Assembly: GCA_963809345.1 (NCBI GenBank)
Contig: CAWEJF010000013.1
Location: forward strand, 57,155-121,154
DNA: 64,000 bases
Reading direction: 5' to 3'
DNA from: Candidatus Aminicenantes bacterium
GTDB taxonomy: Bacteria > Acidobacteriota > Aminicenantia > Aminicenantales > Saccharicenantaceae
In this document: piece after piece, positions 49,179 to 58,566 of the stretch
Numbering within the stretch: the stretch's first letter is position 1
Layout: each line of letters opens with the position of its first letter
The notes under the pieces: model-generated
Seen by the model: only the letters and a program-made list of their open reading frames with translations
What the model was told of the DNA's origin: nothing
Database searches by the model: none
Program-made: the position numbers and the translations under genes

Positions 49179-52100
49179 CTATTCAGATGTTTTTGGACCG
49201 AGAGGCAGTTCGCGGACGGCATCCGAGCCGACCTTGATGCGCGCGGCGACATCCTTCTCGCCCCGGATCTTCTCATCGGTCAGGTAGTGGACCTCGAGCA
49301 GCCCGTCGGCGTGGAAGCCCGTCCGGAAGTAGTTCATCTCGGCGAGCGATTGACTCCAACCCAGGAGCCAGGTCTCGAGCTCCTTGCGTTGCCGGCCGCC
49401 GCCCAGGAAATGGACGATGATTCGGATGGGGCTGGCCGGCTCGACTTCGCCGCCGTCGCTCGTATCGACGAGGTAGACGCCCCGGACGCCCCACTTCGGG
49501 TCGCCGCAGTGGAAGGCGATCCGTTCGGCCATGCGCAGACGCCAGCGGGCGTGATCGCCGTCGTCGACGGCGCCCGCCCCTTCGGCGGCGCAAGCGGCCC
49601 GCACCGCGGCGTCGGGGGCGGTGAAAAAGCCGACGGCGAGCTCCCGGTCGGCGTTCATGAGCACACGAAGGACCTTGCCGCCGGTCGCCGCGGGGATGTC
49701 GATGACCCTCAGGGTGTCGCCGAGCGCGGCGCATTCGGGACAGTGCTCGGCCAGCGTGTTGGGGGCCTCGAGCAGGAACTTCTCGTTGAACTTGACCCCC
49801 TCGTCGTCGGGATAGAGAGGCAGGTAGCGGATGCCCGACTCGACGAGGTCCTGGAAGAAATGGGTCCCGAAGGACACATCGGGGACGTAGTTGCCCTTCT
49901 TGCGGGCGACCTCGATGAGCATGGCCGAATTGTTGATCTCCGAATAGGTGACGCGGACGCCGAGCTTGATGTCGCCGCGGCTGCCCCACCGTCCCGGACC
50001 CATGAGGATGAACTGGCGGCGCGGCAGGAGCTTGTTGAGCTTGCCGACGGCCTGCCCCACGGCGACGAGGTCGGCGAATTCGTTCAACTCGCCGTAGCGG
50101 TCAGGGTCGACGTAGACGAGATGGGTGACATCGGCGACCCGGCCGTTCGAGATGTGCTTGCGCGCGGTGAAGAGGACGGACTCGTCCTTGAGATTGGCCG
50201 GGATCTCCATGGCCACGTCCTCGGCGCCTTGGCTCTGTGGCCGGCACTGGAGGAGATAGAAGTCGGTCGCGGTCGCGGCGAACTCGATATCGACGGGGAC
50301 GCCCATCGCCGTCGACAGGGTCTTGAGGATGGCCTCGAGCTGGAGCATGAAGGGGGTCCCGGAGATGAGGCCCTCGAAGGTGACGACGGCATCCGACGTG
50401 GCGATGTCCGTGGCCAGGCCCATGGGCCTCTGGAGCAGGCCGTCCCGGTAGATCGAGAAGACCTTGGTCAGGGCGGGGAACTCGTGGCCGACCTCCTTGA
50501 GGACGTCCAGGATGTCTTTGGTCACGAAGGTGTTCTCCTCGAGGTCGATGACGTCGATCTTCTTGGGCGAATAGCGGACGACCTCGTCGGTCGAGACGTT
50601 GACCCTCAGGTTCGGCTGGCTCGGGGAGACGAGGATGGGATAATCGTCGCTGACCCGGTCGACCGCCCGCGTCCCCAGGCCGGGCACGAGCCGGAGCAGG
50701 CCGTCCTCGCGGCGGATGCGCGGCGACCAGCGGAACTCGTTCCGGCTGAAGGCGACGCCGGCGTAGGCCGGGAAAAAGTATTTCCCGGCGCGCGTGCCGA
50801 CGACCTCCTGGATCATGACCGCCATCTCCTCGTAGAAGTCGAGGAGCCCGCGCTCCGCCCGGTACTGGATCGGGTCGGGGCTGAAGATCGAGGCGTAGAC
50901 TTCGGCCACCGCGTCGAGCAGGGCCTCGAGGCGCTTCTGCTTGTCGCCCTGATTGGCCAGGAAGAGGCTCTTGTACTTCCCGGCAAAGGCCGTGCCCAGC
51001 CGGTCCTCGAGGAGGCTCGAGCTGCGGACGACGAGAGGGACCTCGCCGAAGTCGTCCAGGGCCACCGACAGGCCCTTGACGATCTCGGGGGGGAAGGTCG
51101 AGTTCTTGAAAACCTGGACGAGGTGGGGGTATTCCTGGCGGACAATGTCGATGTCCTTGTATTTCTGCTCGTGGATGTCGTCGAGGTTGTTGTAGGTCGT
51201 GAAGGAGATCAGGGCGTCCGAGGTCACGTACCAGGTCTTGGGCCTCTTGACCGCGCCGATGATCTTTGTCCGGCGGGCCGCCTGGGTGAGGATCCGGTGA
51301 CCCAGAAACAGGCCGGCGCTCTTGCCGCCGAGCTTGCCGTGGCTGCCCGGCGGGAAGATGATGCGCTCCATGAGGTCGAAGAAGTCCTCGATGTCGACGT
51401 ACTTCTTGGCGACGTTGATGAACTCGAGCTGCTCGGTGAAGAAGCGGCGGATGAGGGCGACGCGGACGCTGTTGGCCAGGGACCGCGGCAGCTGGATGCC
51501 CTCGGGCGCCAGGATCTTGATCCGGCGCATGCTGTCGAGGACCTCGGCCAGGTCGGCATAGACGTTCTCCAGGTTCTTGACCGACGCGCTGGAGCGGTCC
51601 TCGTTGATCCACTTGTGGATGCGGTCGAGGACCTCCTCGTCGGTCAGGTTGGCCGAGGCGACGCGGAAGGTCTCCTCGGTCAGATCGAAGAAACGGTCCA
51701 TGGATTCCCGGGTCTGGGGAAGGTTGGACTCGCCGAACAGGCCCTCGTTCATCCCGTCGCCGCTGAAGCGCTGAAGGAGGTCGCGGGCCTCGGTGACGCC
51801 GCGCCAGCCGAGGTAGTTCATCATCTTGCGGGAGACCCGGATGAGGAGGCTCGGGTTGGTGTTGCGGAGGAGGTCCAGCGCGATCCGCCAGCCCTGCTTT
51901 CCCGCCGGCCGCCTCGCGGCGCTGGTCGCTGATCTGCTCGTACATGCTCCGCAGGCGCTGATGGAGGATGAAATGGCCGAGGCGCTCGGCGATCGATTGG
52001 ATGAGCTTGATCTCGCCCTTCATGAACGGACCGCAATCGCTCTCCGGCGTCGGCTTCCTGTACGATACGCAGAGACGGCCGACTGAGGCGTCCTGAACTC

Positions 52101-52368
52101 GGATCTCGGCGCAGTGGATGTACGGCGTCTCTTCGAATTCGGGGGATTCGAAGACGTCCGCGCCGTAGGTGATCTGGGCCTGGCAGCAATCGGGGTGCTG
52201 CCAGCCCGGCGGGATGGCCTCGATGACCTGGCGGAAGACCTCCTCCAGAGGGACGTCGTAGATGCTGAGGATCTCCTCGACGCGGTAGAGGCAGCTCAGC
52301 TCCTTGGCCCGCTCGTTGAGGGTGGAGAACAGGGTGCTGACGGCCGTCGGGGTGCGCTGGTTGGACAT
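49179..52368 (-). CDS. Large PEP-utilising-enzyme / pyruvate-phosphate-dikinase-like protein with an extra Cys-containing N-terminal domain; apparent single frameshift near 51895
   Basis: N-terminal 150 aa (MSNQRTPTAVSTLFSTLNERAKELSCLYRVEEIL...) in frame 50101..52368. The remainder (PPDK_N-like PEP/pyruvate-binding region) lies in frame 49179..51824. The junction is at GGCGGGAAAGCAGGGCTGG. Confidence 0.6.
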
Positions 52369-52527
52369 GTCGCCGCGTCCCTCCTCGGCCGCCGTCGCCT
52401 CCCGCTCTCGCGCGGGGCCGGGCAGACGGCCCTTTCTCGTCCGGCCCGGGGCCGGGGGTGAAAAACCCCCGTCCTCCCCGGATTCCCCGGGGAGGAGGGG
52501 CTGTACGTTCGCTGCGCTAAGTGACGA

Positions 52528-53814
52528 TCAAACCCAGCCGCGGTCCCTGCAGGCGTTGGCGACGCGACTGACGGAAATGACGTAGGCGGCGTCCCGCATG
52601 TAGAGCTTCTTCGTCCGGGCCAGGTCGCTGACGGCCTTGAAGGCGGCGGTCATCTTGTCGTCGAGCTTGGTCAGGACCTCTTCCTTGGTCCAGAAGAAGT
52701 TCATATTGCACTGGACCTGCTCGAAGTAGCTGCAGGTGACCCCGCCGGCGTTGGCCAGGAAGTCGGGGATGACGAAGATGCCCCGGCTCTTGATGACGGC
52801 GTCGGCTTCGGGGGTCGTCGGTCCGTTGGCGCCCTCGGCGATGACCTTGACCTTCGGCGCGATCTTCTTGACGGTTTCGGCGTTGATCTGGTTCTCCAGG
52901 GCGCAGGGGAAGAGGATGTCGACGTCCTGTTCGATCCAGGCGTCACCGGGCAGGCGCTCATAGTCGAGCGATTCGGCCTTGGCCTTGTCGATGCCGCCGA
53001 AGCGGTCCGTGATGGCCAGCAGCTCATCCACGTTGATGCCGCTCTTCTTCCGGTAGGTGTAGGAGGCCTGGTCGTTCTGGTCCCAGCAAGCGACCGCGAT
53101 GACCTTGCCGCCGAGCTGGGTATAGAGCCGGATGGCGTACTGGGAGACGTTGCCGAAACCCTGGAATGACGCCGTCGTCGTTTCGGGTTTGATGTCCATC
53201 TCTTTGAGGGCCTCCCGGAGCGTGAAGACGACGCCGAAGCCGGTCGCTTCCGTCCGGCCGAGAGAACCGCCCATGCCCACGGGTTTGCCGGTGATGAAGC
53301 CGGGGTACTTCGCGCCGTGGATGGTCTCGTACTCGTCGAGGATCCAGAGCATGTGCTGCGGGCTGGTCATGACGTCGGGGGCCGGGACGTCACGAAGGGG
53401 TCCGACGTCTTGGGCGAGGGTCCGAACCCAGCCGCGGCAGAGCCGTTCCTGCTCGCGCTGGCTGAGGTCGTGCGGGTCGCAGACGACGCCGCCCTTGCCG
53501 CCGCCGAGCGGGATATCGACGACGGCGCACTTCCAGGTCATCCACATGGACAGGGCCCGGACGGTGTCGATCGTCTCCTGGGGGTGAAAGCGGATGCCGC
53601 CCTTACAAGGGCCGCGGGCGTCGTTGTGCTGGCAGCGGAAGCCGCGGAACACGCGGACGCTGCCGTCGTCCATGCGGACGGGGATCAGGAAATGGTACTC
53701 CCGCATCGGTTGACGCAGGAGGTCCCGGGTCGGTTGGTCAAGTTCGAGAAGGTCGGCGACAGAATCGAACTGTTTCTGGGCCATCTCGAAGGCGTTGAAA
53801 CCTTTTACAGCCAT
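52528..53814 (-). CDS. gdhA: Glutamate dehydrogenase (Glu/Leu/Phe/Val dehydrogenase family)
   Basis: GGGKGG catalytic-Lys box and GFGNVSQ NAD(P)-binding motif. Confidence 0.9.
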   Translation of the reverse strand: MAVKGFNAFEMAQKQFDSVADLLELDQPTRDLLRQPMREYHFLIPVRMDDGSVRVFRGFRCQHNDARGPCKGGIRFHPQETIDTVRALSMWMTWKCAVVDIPLGGGKGGVVCDPHDLSQREQERLCRGWVRTLAQDVGPLRDVPAPDVMTSPQHMLWILDEYETIHGAKYPGFITGKPVGMGGSLGRTEATGFGVVFTLREALKEMDIKPETTTASFQGFGNVSQYAIRLYTQLGGKVIAVACWDQNDQASYTYRKKSGINVDELLAITDRFGGIDKAKAESLDYERLPGDAWIEQDVDILFPCALENQINAETVKKIAPKVKVIAEGANGPTTPEADAVIKSRGIFVIPDFLANAGGVTCSYFEQVQCNMNFFWTKEEVLTKLDDKMTAAFKAVSDLARTKKLYMRDAAYVISVSRVANACRDRGWV

Positions 53815-54012
53815 TGATACGCTCCTAACGAAAATGAGGTGATGAGTGCATGCGAAGATGCATCATTGCCGCGTTGCCGCGACAGAAAATCATAGCCCAA
53901 GGCAGGGGAAATAGCAAGGGCCACGCGGCGGTCCCGACAGGGCCGAGCCAGGGGGATTGAACGGATCGGGGCTTGGGGTTAGGATGGGAACTCGACAAGC
54001 GAGGAGGCCCCC

Positions 54013-55767
54013 ATGAGCGGACAAAGAAAGCTCGGAGAAGACGTTCGAGGGGCGGTCGCCCGGCGCCGCTTCCTGGGCTATTTCGGAGCCGTGGGCCTCG
54101 GTGGGACCCTCCTCCCCGGGGCGCTCCTGGCCGTGGTCCAGGACGCCCCGGAGATCAAGCCCGAGATGGTCGCCGCGGCCGCCAAGATCGCCGGCCTGCC
54201 GCTCACAGCCGAAGCCGAGAAGGCCATCGCCGACGGCCTGAACCGGCGCGACGGGCTGCTCCGGGATTTCCAGGCCCTGCGGGACATGAATTTGGGGAAC
54301 GACACGCCCTCGGCCCTCGTCTTCAACCCGGTCCTCCCGGGGACCCAAATCCCGCCCGGGAAGTCGCTCCTGAAGACGACGAAGGTGCGGGTGGCCAAAC
54401 CACGGACGGACGAGGACCTGGCCTTCTTGCCGGTGACGCACCTGGCCGCTCTCCTCAAGAAGCGCGAGATCAAGTCCGTCGAGCTGACCAAGCTCTGCCT
54501 CGAGCGGCTCAAGAAATATGATCCTATCCTGCACTGCGTCGTCACGCTGACGGAAGACCTGGCCCTCGAGCAGGCGGGCCGGGCAGATAAAGAGATCGCC
54601 GCCGGGCGGTACCGCGGACTCCTCCACGGCATGCCCTGGGGCGCCAAGGACCTCCTGGCCGTCAAGGGCTACAAAACGACCTTCGGCGCCTCGCCCTTTA
54701 AGGACCAGACGATCGACCGGAACGCGGCCGTCTTCGAAAAGCTGACCGGGGCCGGGGCCGTCCTCGTCGCCAAACTGACCTTGGGGGCGCTGGCCATGGG
54801 CGACCGCTGGTTCGGCGGCCAGACGAAGAGCCCCTGGGACCCGAAGAACGCCACACAAGGCTCGAGCGGTTCATCGGCCGGGCCGGCCGCGGCCGTCGCG
54901 GCGGGACTTGTTCCGTTCGCCATCGGCTCCGAAACGCGCGGCTCGATCATCTCGCCCGCGAGCCGCTGCGGTGTCACCGGGCTGCGGCCGTCGTTCGGCC
55001 GGGTCAGCCGTTACGGAGCGATGGCCCTGAGCTTCTCCATGGACAAGATCGGCCCGCTCTGCCGGACGGCCGAGGATTGCGCCGTCGTCCTCCACGCCAT
55101 CAACGGCCCGGACGGGCGCGACAATACGGTCTTCGATGTCCCGTTCGCGTGGGATGCCGGCCGCGACGTCCGCAGTCTCAAGGCCGGCTATCTCAAGGAG
55201 GACATCGAGCGGGAGATCCCCGACGATCCGAAGAACCCGGACAGGGTCCGGAGGATGAAAGAGGCGCAAGCCTTCAACAAGGCCTCGCTCGAGACCATCC
55301 GCAGGCTCGGCGTCGAACCGGTCCCGGTCGAGCTCCCGAAGCTGGGTTCGGGACCGATGGACTTCCTGCTGACGACGGAGGGCGCGGCGGTCTTCGACGA
55401 CCTGGTGCGGAGCGACAAGCTGGACCTGATGTCGGCGGAGCCGGAGAGGAGCGGCTGGGTCGGCTCCTTCCGACTCCACGAGTTCGTCCCCGCTGTGCAG
55501 TACATCCAGGCCAACCGGGCCCGCTACCGGCTGATGGAGGCCTATCATGAGCTTTTCAAGAACATGGACGTCCTCGTCGGCAGCGCCCTCGGGCCGACGA
55601 ACCTGACCGGCCATCCTGAGATCGCTTTTCCTCACGGCTTCGATTCCAAGGGACAGCCTGCGGTCCTGCGTCTGACGGGGAGACTCTTCGGCGAAGCCGA
55701 TATCCTGCTCCTGGCCCACGCTTTCCAGCAGAGAACAGACTTCCATCTCAAGCGCCCTCAACTTTAG
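54013..55767 (+). CDS. Amidase-signature family amidase with a Tat signal peptide
   Basis: RRRFLGYFGAVGLGG Tat motif. AS signature GGSSGSSAG...GSETRGSIISPA with the catalytic Ser-cisSer-Lys context. Confidence 0.85.
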   Translation: MSGQRKLGEDVRGAVARRRFLGYFGAVGLGGTLLPGALLAVVQDAPEIKPEMVAAAAKIAGLPLTAEAEKAIADGLNRRDGLLRDFQALRDMNLGNDTPSALVFNPVLPGTQIPPGKSLLKTTKVRVAKPRTDEDLAFLPVTHLAALLKKREIKSVELTKLCLERLKKYDPILHCVVTLTEDLALEQAGRADKEIAAGRYRGLLHGMPWGAKDLLAVKGYKTTFGASPFKDQTIDRNAAVFEKLTGAGAVLVAKLTLGALAMGDRWFGGQTKSPWDPKNATQGSSGSSAGPAAAVAAGLVPFAIGSETRGSIISPASRCGVTGLRPSFGRVSRYGAMALSFSMDKIGPLCRTAEDCAVVLHAINGPDGRDNTVFDVPFAWDAGRDVRSLKAGYLKEDIEREIPDDPKNPDRVRRMKEAQAFNKASLETIRRLGVEPVPVELPKLGSGPMDFLLTTEGAAVFDDLVRSDKLDLMSAEPERSGWVGSFRLHEFVPAVQYIQANRARYRLMEAYHELFKNMDVLVGSALGPTNLTGHPEIAFPHGFDSKGQPAVLRLTGRLFGEADILLLAHAFQQRTDFHLKRPQL

Positions 55768-55849
55768 GGAAGCGCTTCGGTCGTTTCCCCATAAAAAACC
55801 TGTTTGACAAATCAAAATGACTAGAATATAATATGGGTCATAAGTCACA

Positions 55850-56479
55850 ATGAGACACATTGCGAAAAGGTCCGATATCAGGGACCTAATCCTTGACGCC
55901 GTGGACACCCTCCTGGCCCGGTACGGGTATGGCAAGATGACCATGGAGGATGTGGCCAGGCAGGTCGGCATCGGGAAGGGCACGATCTATCTTCATTTCC
56001 CGTCCAAGGAGGAGCTGGTCCTGGCCCACGTCGACCGCATCGCGGAGACCGTCATCCGGAAGCTCGAGGAACAGGCCGGCTCGTCCGACTCCATCGATAG
56101 GCGGCTCCGCCGTATGCTCGTCCTGCGGGTCCTGCATCGGTTCGACAGCGTCGCCCATTATTCCCAGAGCCTCGGCGACCTCTTGTCGGCGGTCCGGGCG
56201 CCCCTTCTCGTCCGGCGGCAGGCCCATTTCGAAAAGGAGGCGCGGGTCTTCGAGGGCGTCCTCCGGGAAGGGGCCAGGATCGGGTCGCTCGATTGCCCCG
56301 ACCCGCGGACGACTGCGTCCGTCCTCATCCAAAGCACAAATTCCCTGCTTCCGTTCAACCTGTCGGTCGGCGAGCTCGGCCGACGAGACGAGCTGGAGGA
56401 CCAGGTCGGCCGCATCGCCGATCTGCTCATCAAAGGGCTTCTCTCAAGCCCGTCGCGTCCGGCCATCTGGACGCGATGA
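55850..56479 (+). CDS. TetR/AcrR-family transcriptional regulator
   Basis: N-terminal HTH (TMEDVARQVGIGKGTIYLHFPSKEEL). Confidence 0.85.
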   Translation: MRHIAKRSDIRDLILDAVDTLLARYGYGKMTMEDVARQVGIGKGTIYLHFPSKEELVLAHVDRIAETVIRKLEEQAGSSDSIDRRLRRMLVLRVLHRFDSVAHYSQSLGDLLSAVRAPLLVRRQAHFEKEARVFEGVLREGARIGSLDCPDPRTTASVLIQSTNSLLPFNLSVGELGRRDELEDQVGRIADLLIKGLLSSPSRPAIWTR

Positions 56480-56517
56480 ACCGGCTTTGACCGTCATGCC
56501 ATTATGGGAGGTTTGAA

Positions 56518-57855
56518 ATGTCCAAGACGCTCCGTTTGATATTCATCATCACCGTGGCCCTCGTCCTGTGGGTTTCAGCGCTTTTCGCCCAGGAATCCCA
56601 GGCGGCGGCTGTCGACCAGGCCAAAAAGCAGGCCATCGTCGACGAGATCGTGACGCTTCTGAACAAGAACTACGTCTTCCCCGAGACGGCCAAGAAGATG
56701 GAGGACGCGCTCCGGGCCAAGCTGGCCGGGGGCGAGCTCGACAGCGTGAATGAGGCCCCCGCTTTCGCCCAAGCCGTCTCCGCCCTTCTGCTCGAAGTGA
56801 GCAAGGACAGGCACATCGGCTTCTCGTTCAATCGCGAGATGGCCGACAACCTGAGGCGCTTCGCGAGCCGCAGCGAGGACGAGGTGAAGCGGGCCCGCGA
56901 GCAGCAGCTCCTCGAATCCCAGCGCGACAATTTCGGCTTCCGTAAGGTCGAGCGGCTCCCCGGCAACATCGGATACCTCGACTTCCGCGTTTTCAAATCG
57001 GCCTCCGACGCCGGCCCGACGGCCATCGCGGCCCTGAACTTTCTGGCCTATTGCGACGCGGTCATCGTCGACCTGCGCCAGAACGGTGGCGGGGACCCCG
57101 CCGGGATCCAGCTCATCTGCTCCTATTTCTTCGACGAGCCCGCCCACCTCAACGACATCTACATCCGGTCCACGGACAAGACGGAGAATTACTGGACCTT
57201 GCCCTATGTCCCCGGGCCGAAACCGTCCCGCGCCGACCTCTACATCCTGACGAGCGCCCGGACCTTCTCGGGGGCGGAGGAGTTCTCCTACAACATGCAG
57301 AATCTCAAACGAGGGACCATCGTCGGAGAGACGACGGGCGGCGGGGCCCATCCGACGACGGCGGAGATCGTCCAGAACGACTATATCCTCCGAGTGCCCT
57401 TCGCCCGGGCCATCAATCCCGTCTCCAAGACGAATTGGGAAGGGACGGGCGTCACGCCCGATATCGCCGTTCCCGCTGCGGAGGCCTTCGACCGCGCCTA
57501 CGCGATGGCCGTCGATAAGCTCGCGGCCAAAGCCACCGACCCGCAGACCAAGGCCCAGTTCGAGTGGATCCTCGCGGGGCTGAAGGCCAAGCAGGGTCCG
57601 GCGCTCGTCGATCGGAAGACCCTGAAGACCTACGCCGGCATCTACGGCGAGCGCACGGTCACCTTCGAGAACGGGACCCTCTATTATCAGCGCACCGGCC
57701 CCAAGTACCGGCTCATCCCCATGACCGCGACGCTTTTCGCCCTCGACGGGCTCGACTCGTTTCGGATCGAGTTCGTGGTCAAGGACGGGAAGGCGGTCGA
57801 GATCGTCGGTCTCTACGACGACGGCGGGCGCCAGCCCTCACCCCGGACGAAATAG
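56518..57855 (+). CDS. Secreted S41-family peptidase (C-terminal processing protease-like)
   Basis: Signal peptide. GYLDFRVF...RQNGGG...ILTSARTFSGAEEF (Ser) ... catalytic region typical of S41 peptidases. Confidence 0.75.
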   Translation: MSKTLRLIFIITVALVLWVSALFAQESQAAAVDQAKKQAIVDEIVTLLNKNYVFPETAKKMEDALRAKLAGGELDSVNEAPAFAQAVSALLLEVSKDRHIGFSFNREMADNLRRFASRSEDEVKRAREQQLLESQRDNFGFRKVERLPGNIGYLDFRVFKSASDAGPTAIAALNFLAYCDAVIVDLRQNGGGDPAGIQLICSYFFDEPAHLNDIYIRSTDKTENYWTLPYVPGPKPSRADLYILTSARTFSGAEEFSYNMQNLKRGTIVGETTGGGAHPTTAEIVQNDYILRVPFARAINPVSKTNWEGTGVTPDIAVPAAEAFDRAYAMAVDKLAAKATDPQTKAQFEWILAGLKAKQGPALVDRKTLKTYAGIYGERTVTFENGTLYYQRTGPKYRLIPMTATLFALDGLDSFRIEFVVKDGKAVEIVGLYDDGGRQPSPRTK

Positions 57856-57866
57856 ACCGCTCAGGA

Positions 57867-58562
57867 TCAGGACGACGGCGGCCGAGGAGCGTCGAAGAGC
57901 TCGAGGCCGACGAAAACCGTCGCCGCCAGCGCCGAGACGAGCGCGCTGTAGCGGTGGAACTCAAACATGAACCTCTGCCCCGCGGTGCGCAGCAGCGGCA
58001 GCATCGGGAGCAGGGCGGACACCGTCAGCATGAACCCGGCCGCGCCGAAGAGCCAAAAGGCCCAGAGCTTGACCCGCGCCGGGGTGATGCCCATCTTCCG
58101 TGGGTCGAGGAGGGACAAGCTCAGGCTCGCCGGCTTCGGGACGGTGATGAAATCCCGGCCCTTGAAGATGACGATGATCGTGAGGCAGACCGCGAAGACG
58201 CCTCCGGCCGTGACGTGGCCGATGAGGGGATAGCCGAACATGCCGCGGGGGATGAAGATGCCGAAGAAAAAGCCGCTCGCGGCAAGGTAGAGGAAGCTCC
58301 CGTAGAAGCCGATGTAAAGCCACTTTTCTAGGACCGGCTCCCGCCACAACGGCAGCCGTTTGATGTAGGCCCACCATGCTTTCGGCGACGCTTTGCGGGA
58401 CATCTGGACCGTCCGCAGGGCGAGCCAGGCCAGGAACTTCTTGAAGACCTCGGCGTAGAGGATGGTCGATCTGGCCTCTTCGCGGGTCGTCCAGAAGCGG
58501 TGGAAGGCGATCCCGAGGAACGTCCCCGCGACGGCGAGGAGGGTGACGATCGTGAACAGCAT
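57867..58562 (-). CDS. Polytopic membrane protein, possibly a cytochrome-b-like membrane anchor
   Basis: About 5 TM helices with conserved His in or near membrane segments (H21, H126, H203). Immediately downstream of the multihaem cytochrome gene (4-nt gap). Confidence 0.5.
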   Translation of the reverse strand: MLFTIVTLLAVAGTFLGIAFHRFWTTREEARSTILYAEVFKKFLAWLALRTVQMSRKASPKAWWAYIKRLPLWREPVLEKWLYIGFYGSFLYLAASGFFFGIFIPRGMFGYPLIGHVTAGGVFAVCLTIIVIFKGRDFITVPKPASLSLSLLDPRKMGITPARVKLWAFWLFGAAGFMLTVSALLPMLPLLRTAGQRFMFEFHRYSALVSALAATVFVGLELFDAPRPPSS

Positions 58563-58566
58563 GGCC

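Noticed and set aside
49287-51932. 881-aa plus-strand ORF opposite the PEP-utilising enzyme gene
   Set aside because: Antisense artefact with low-complexity composition.
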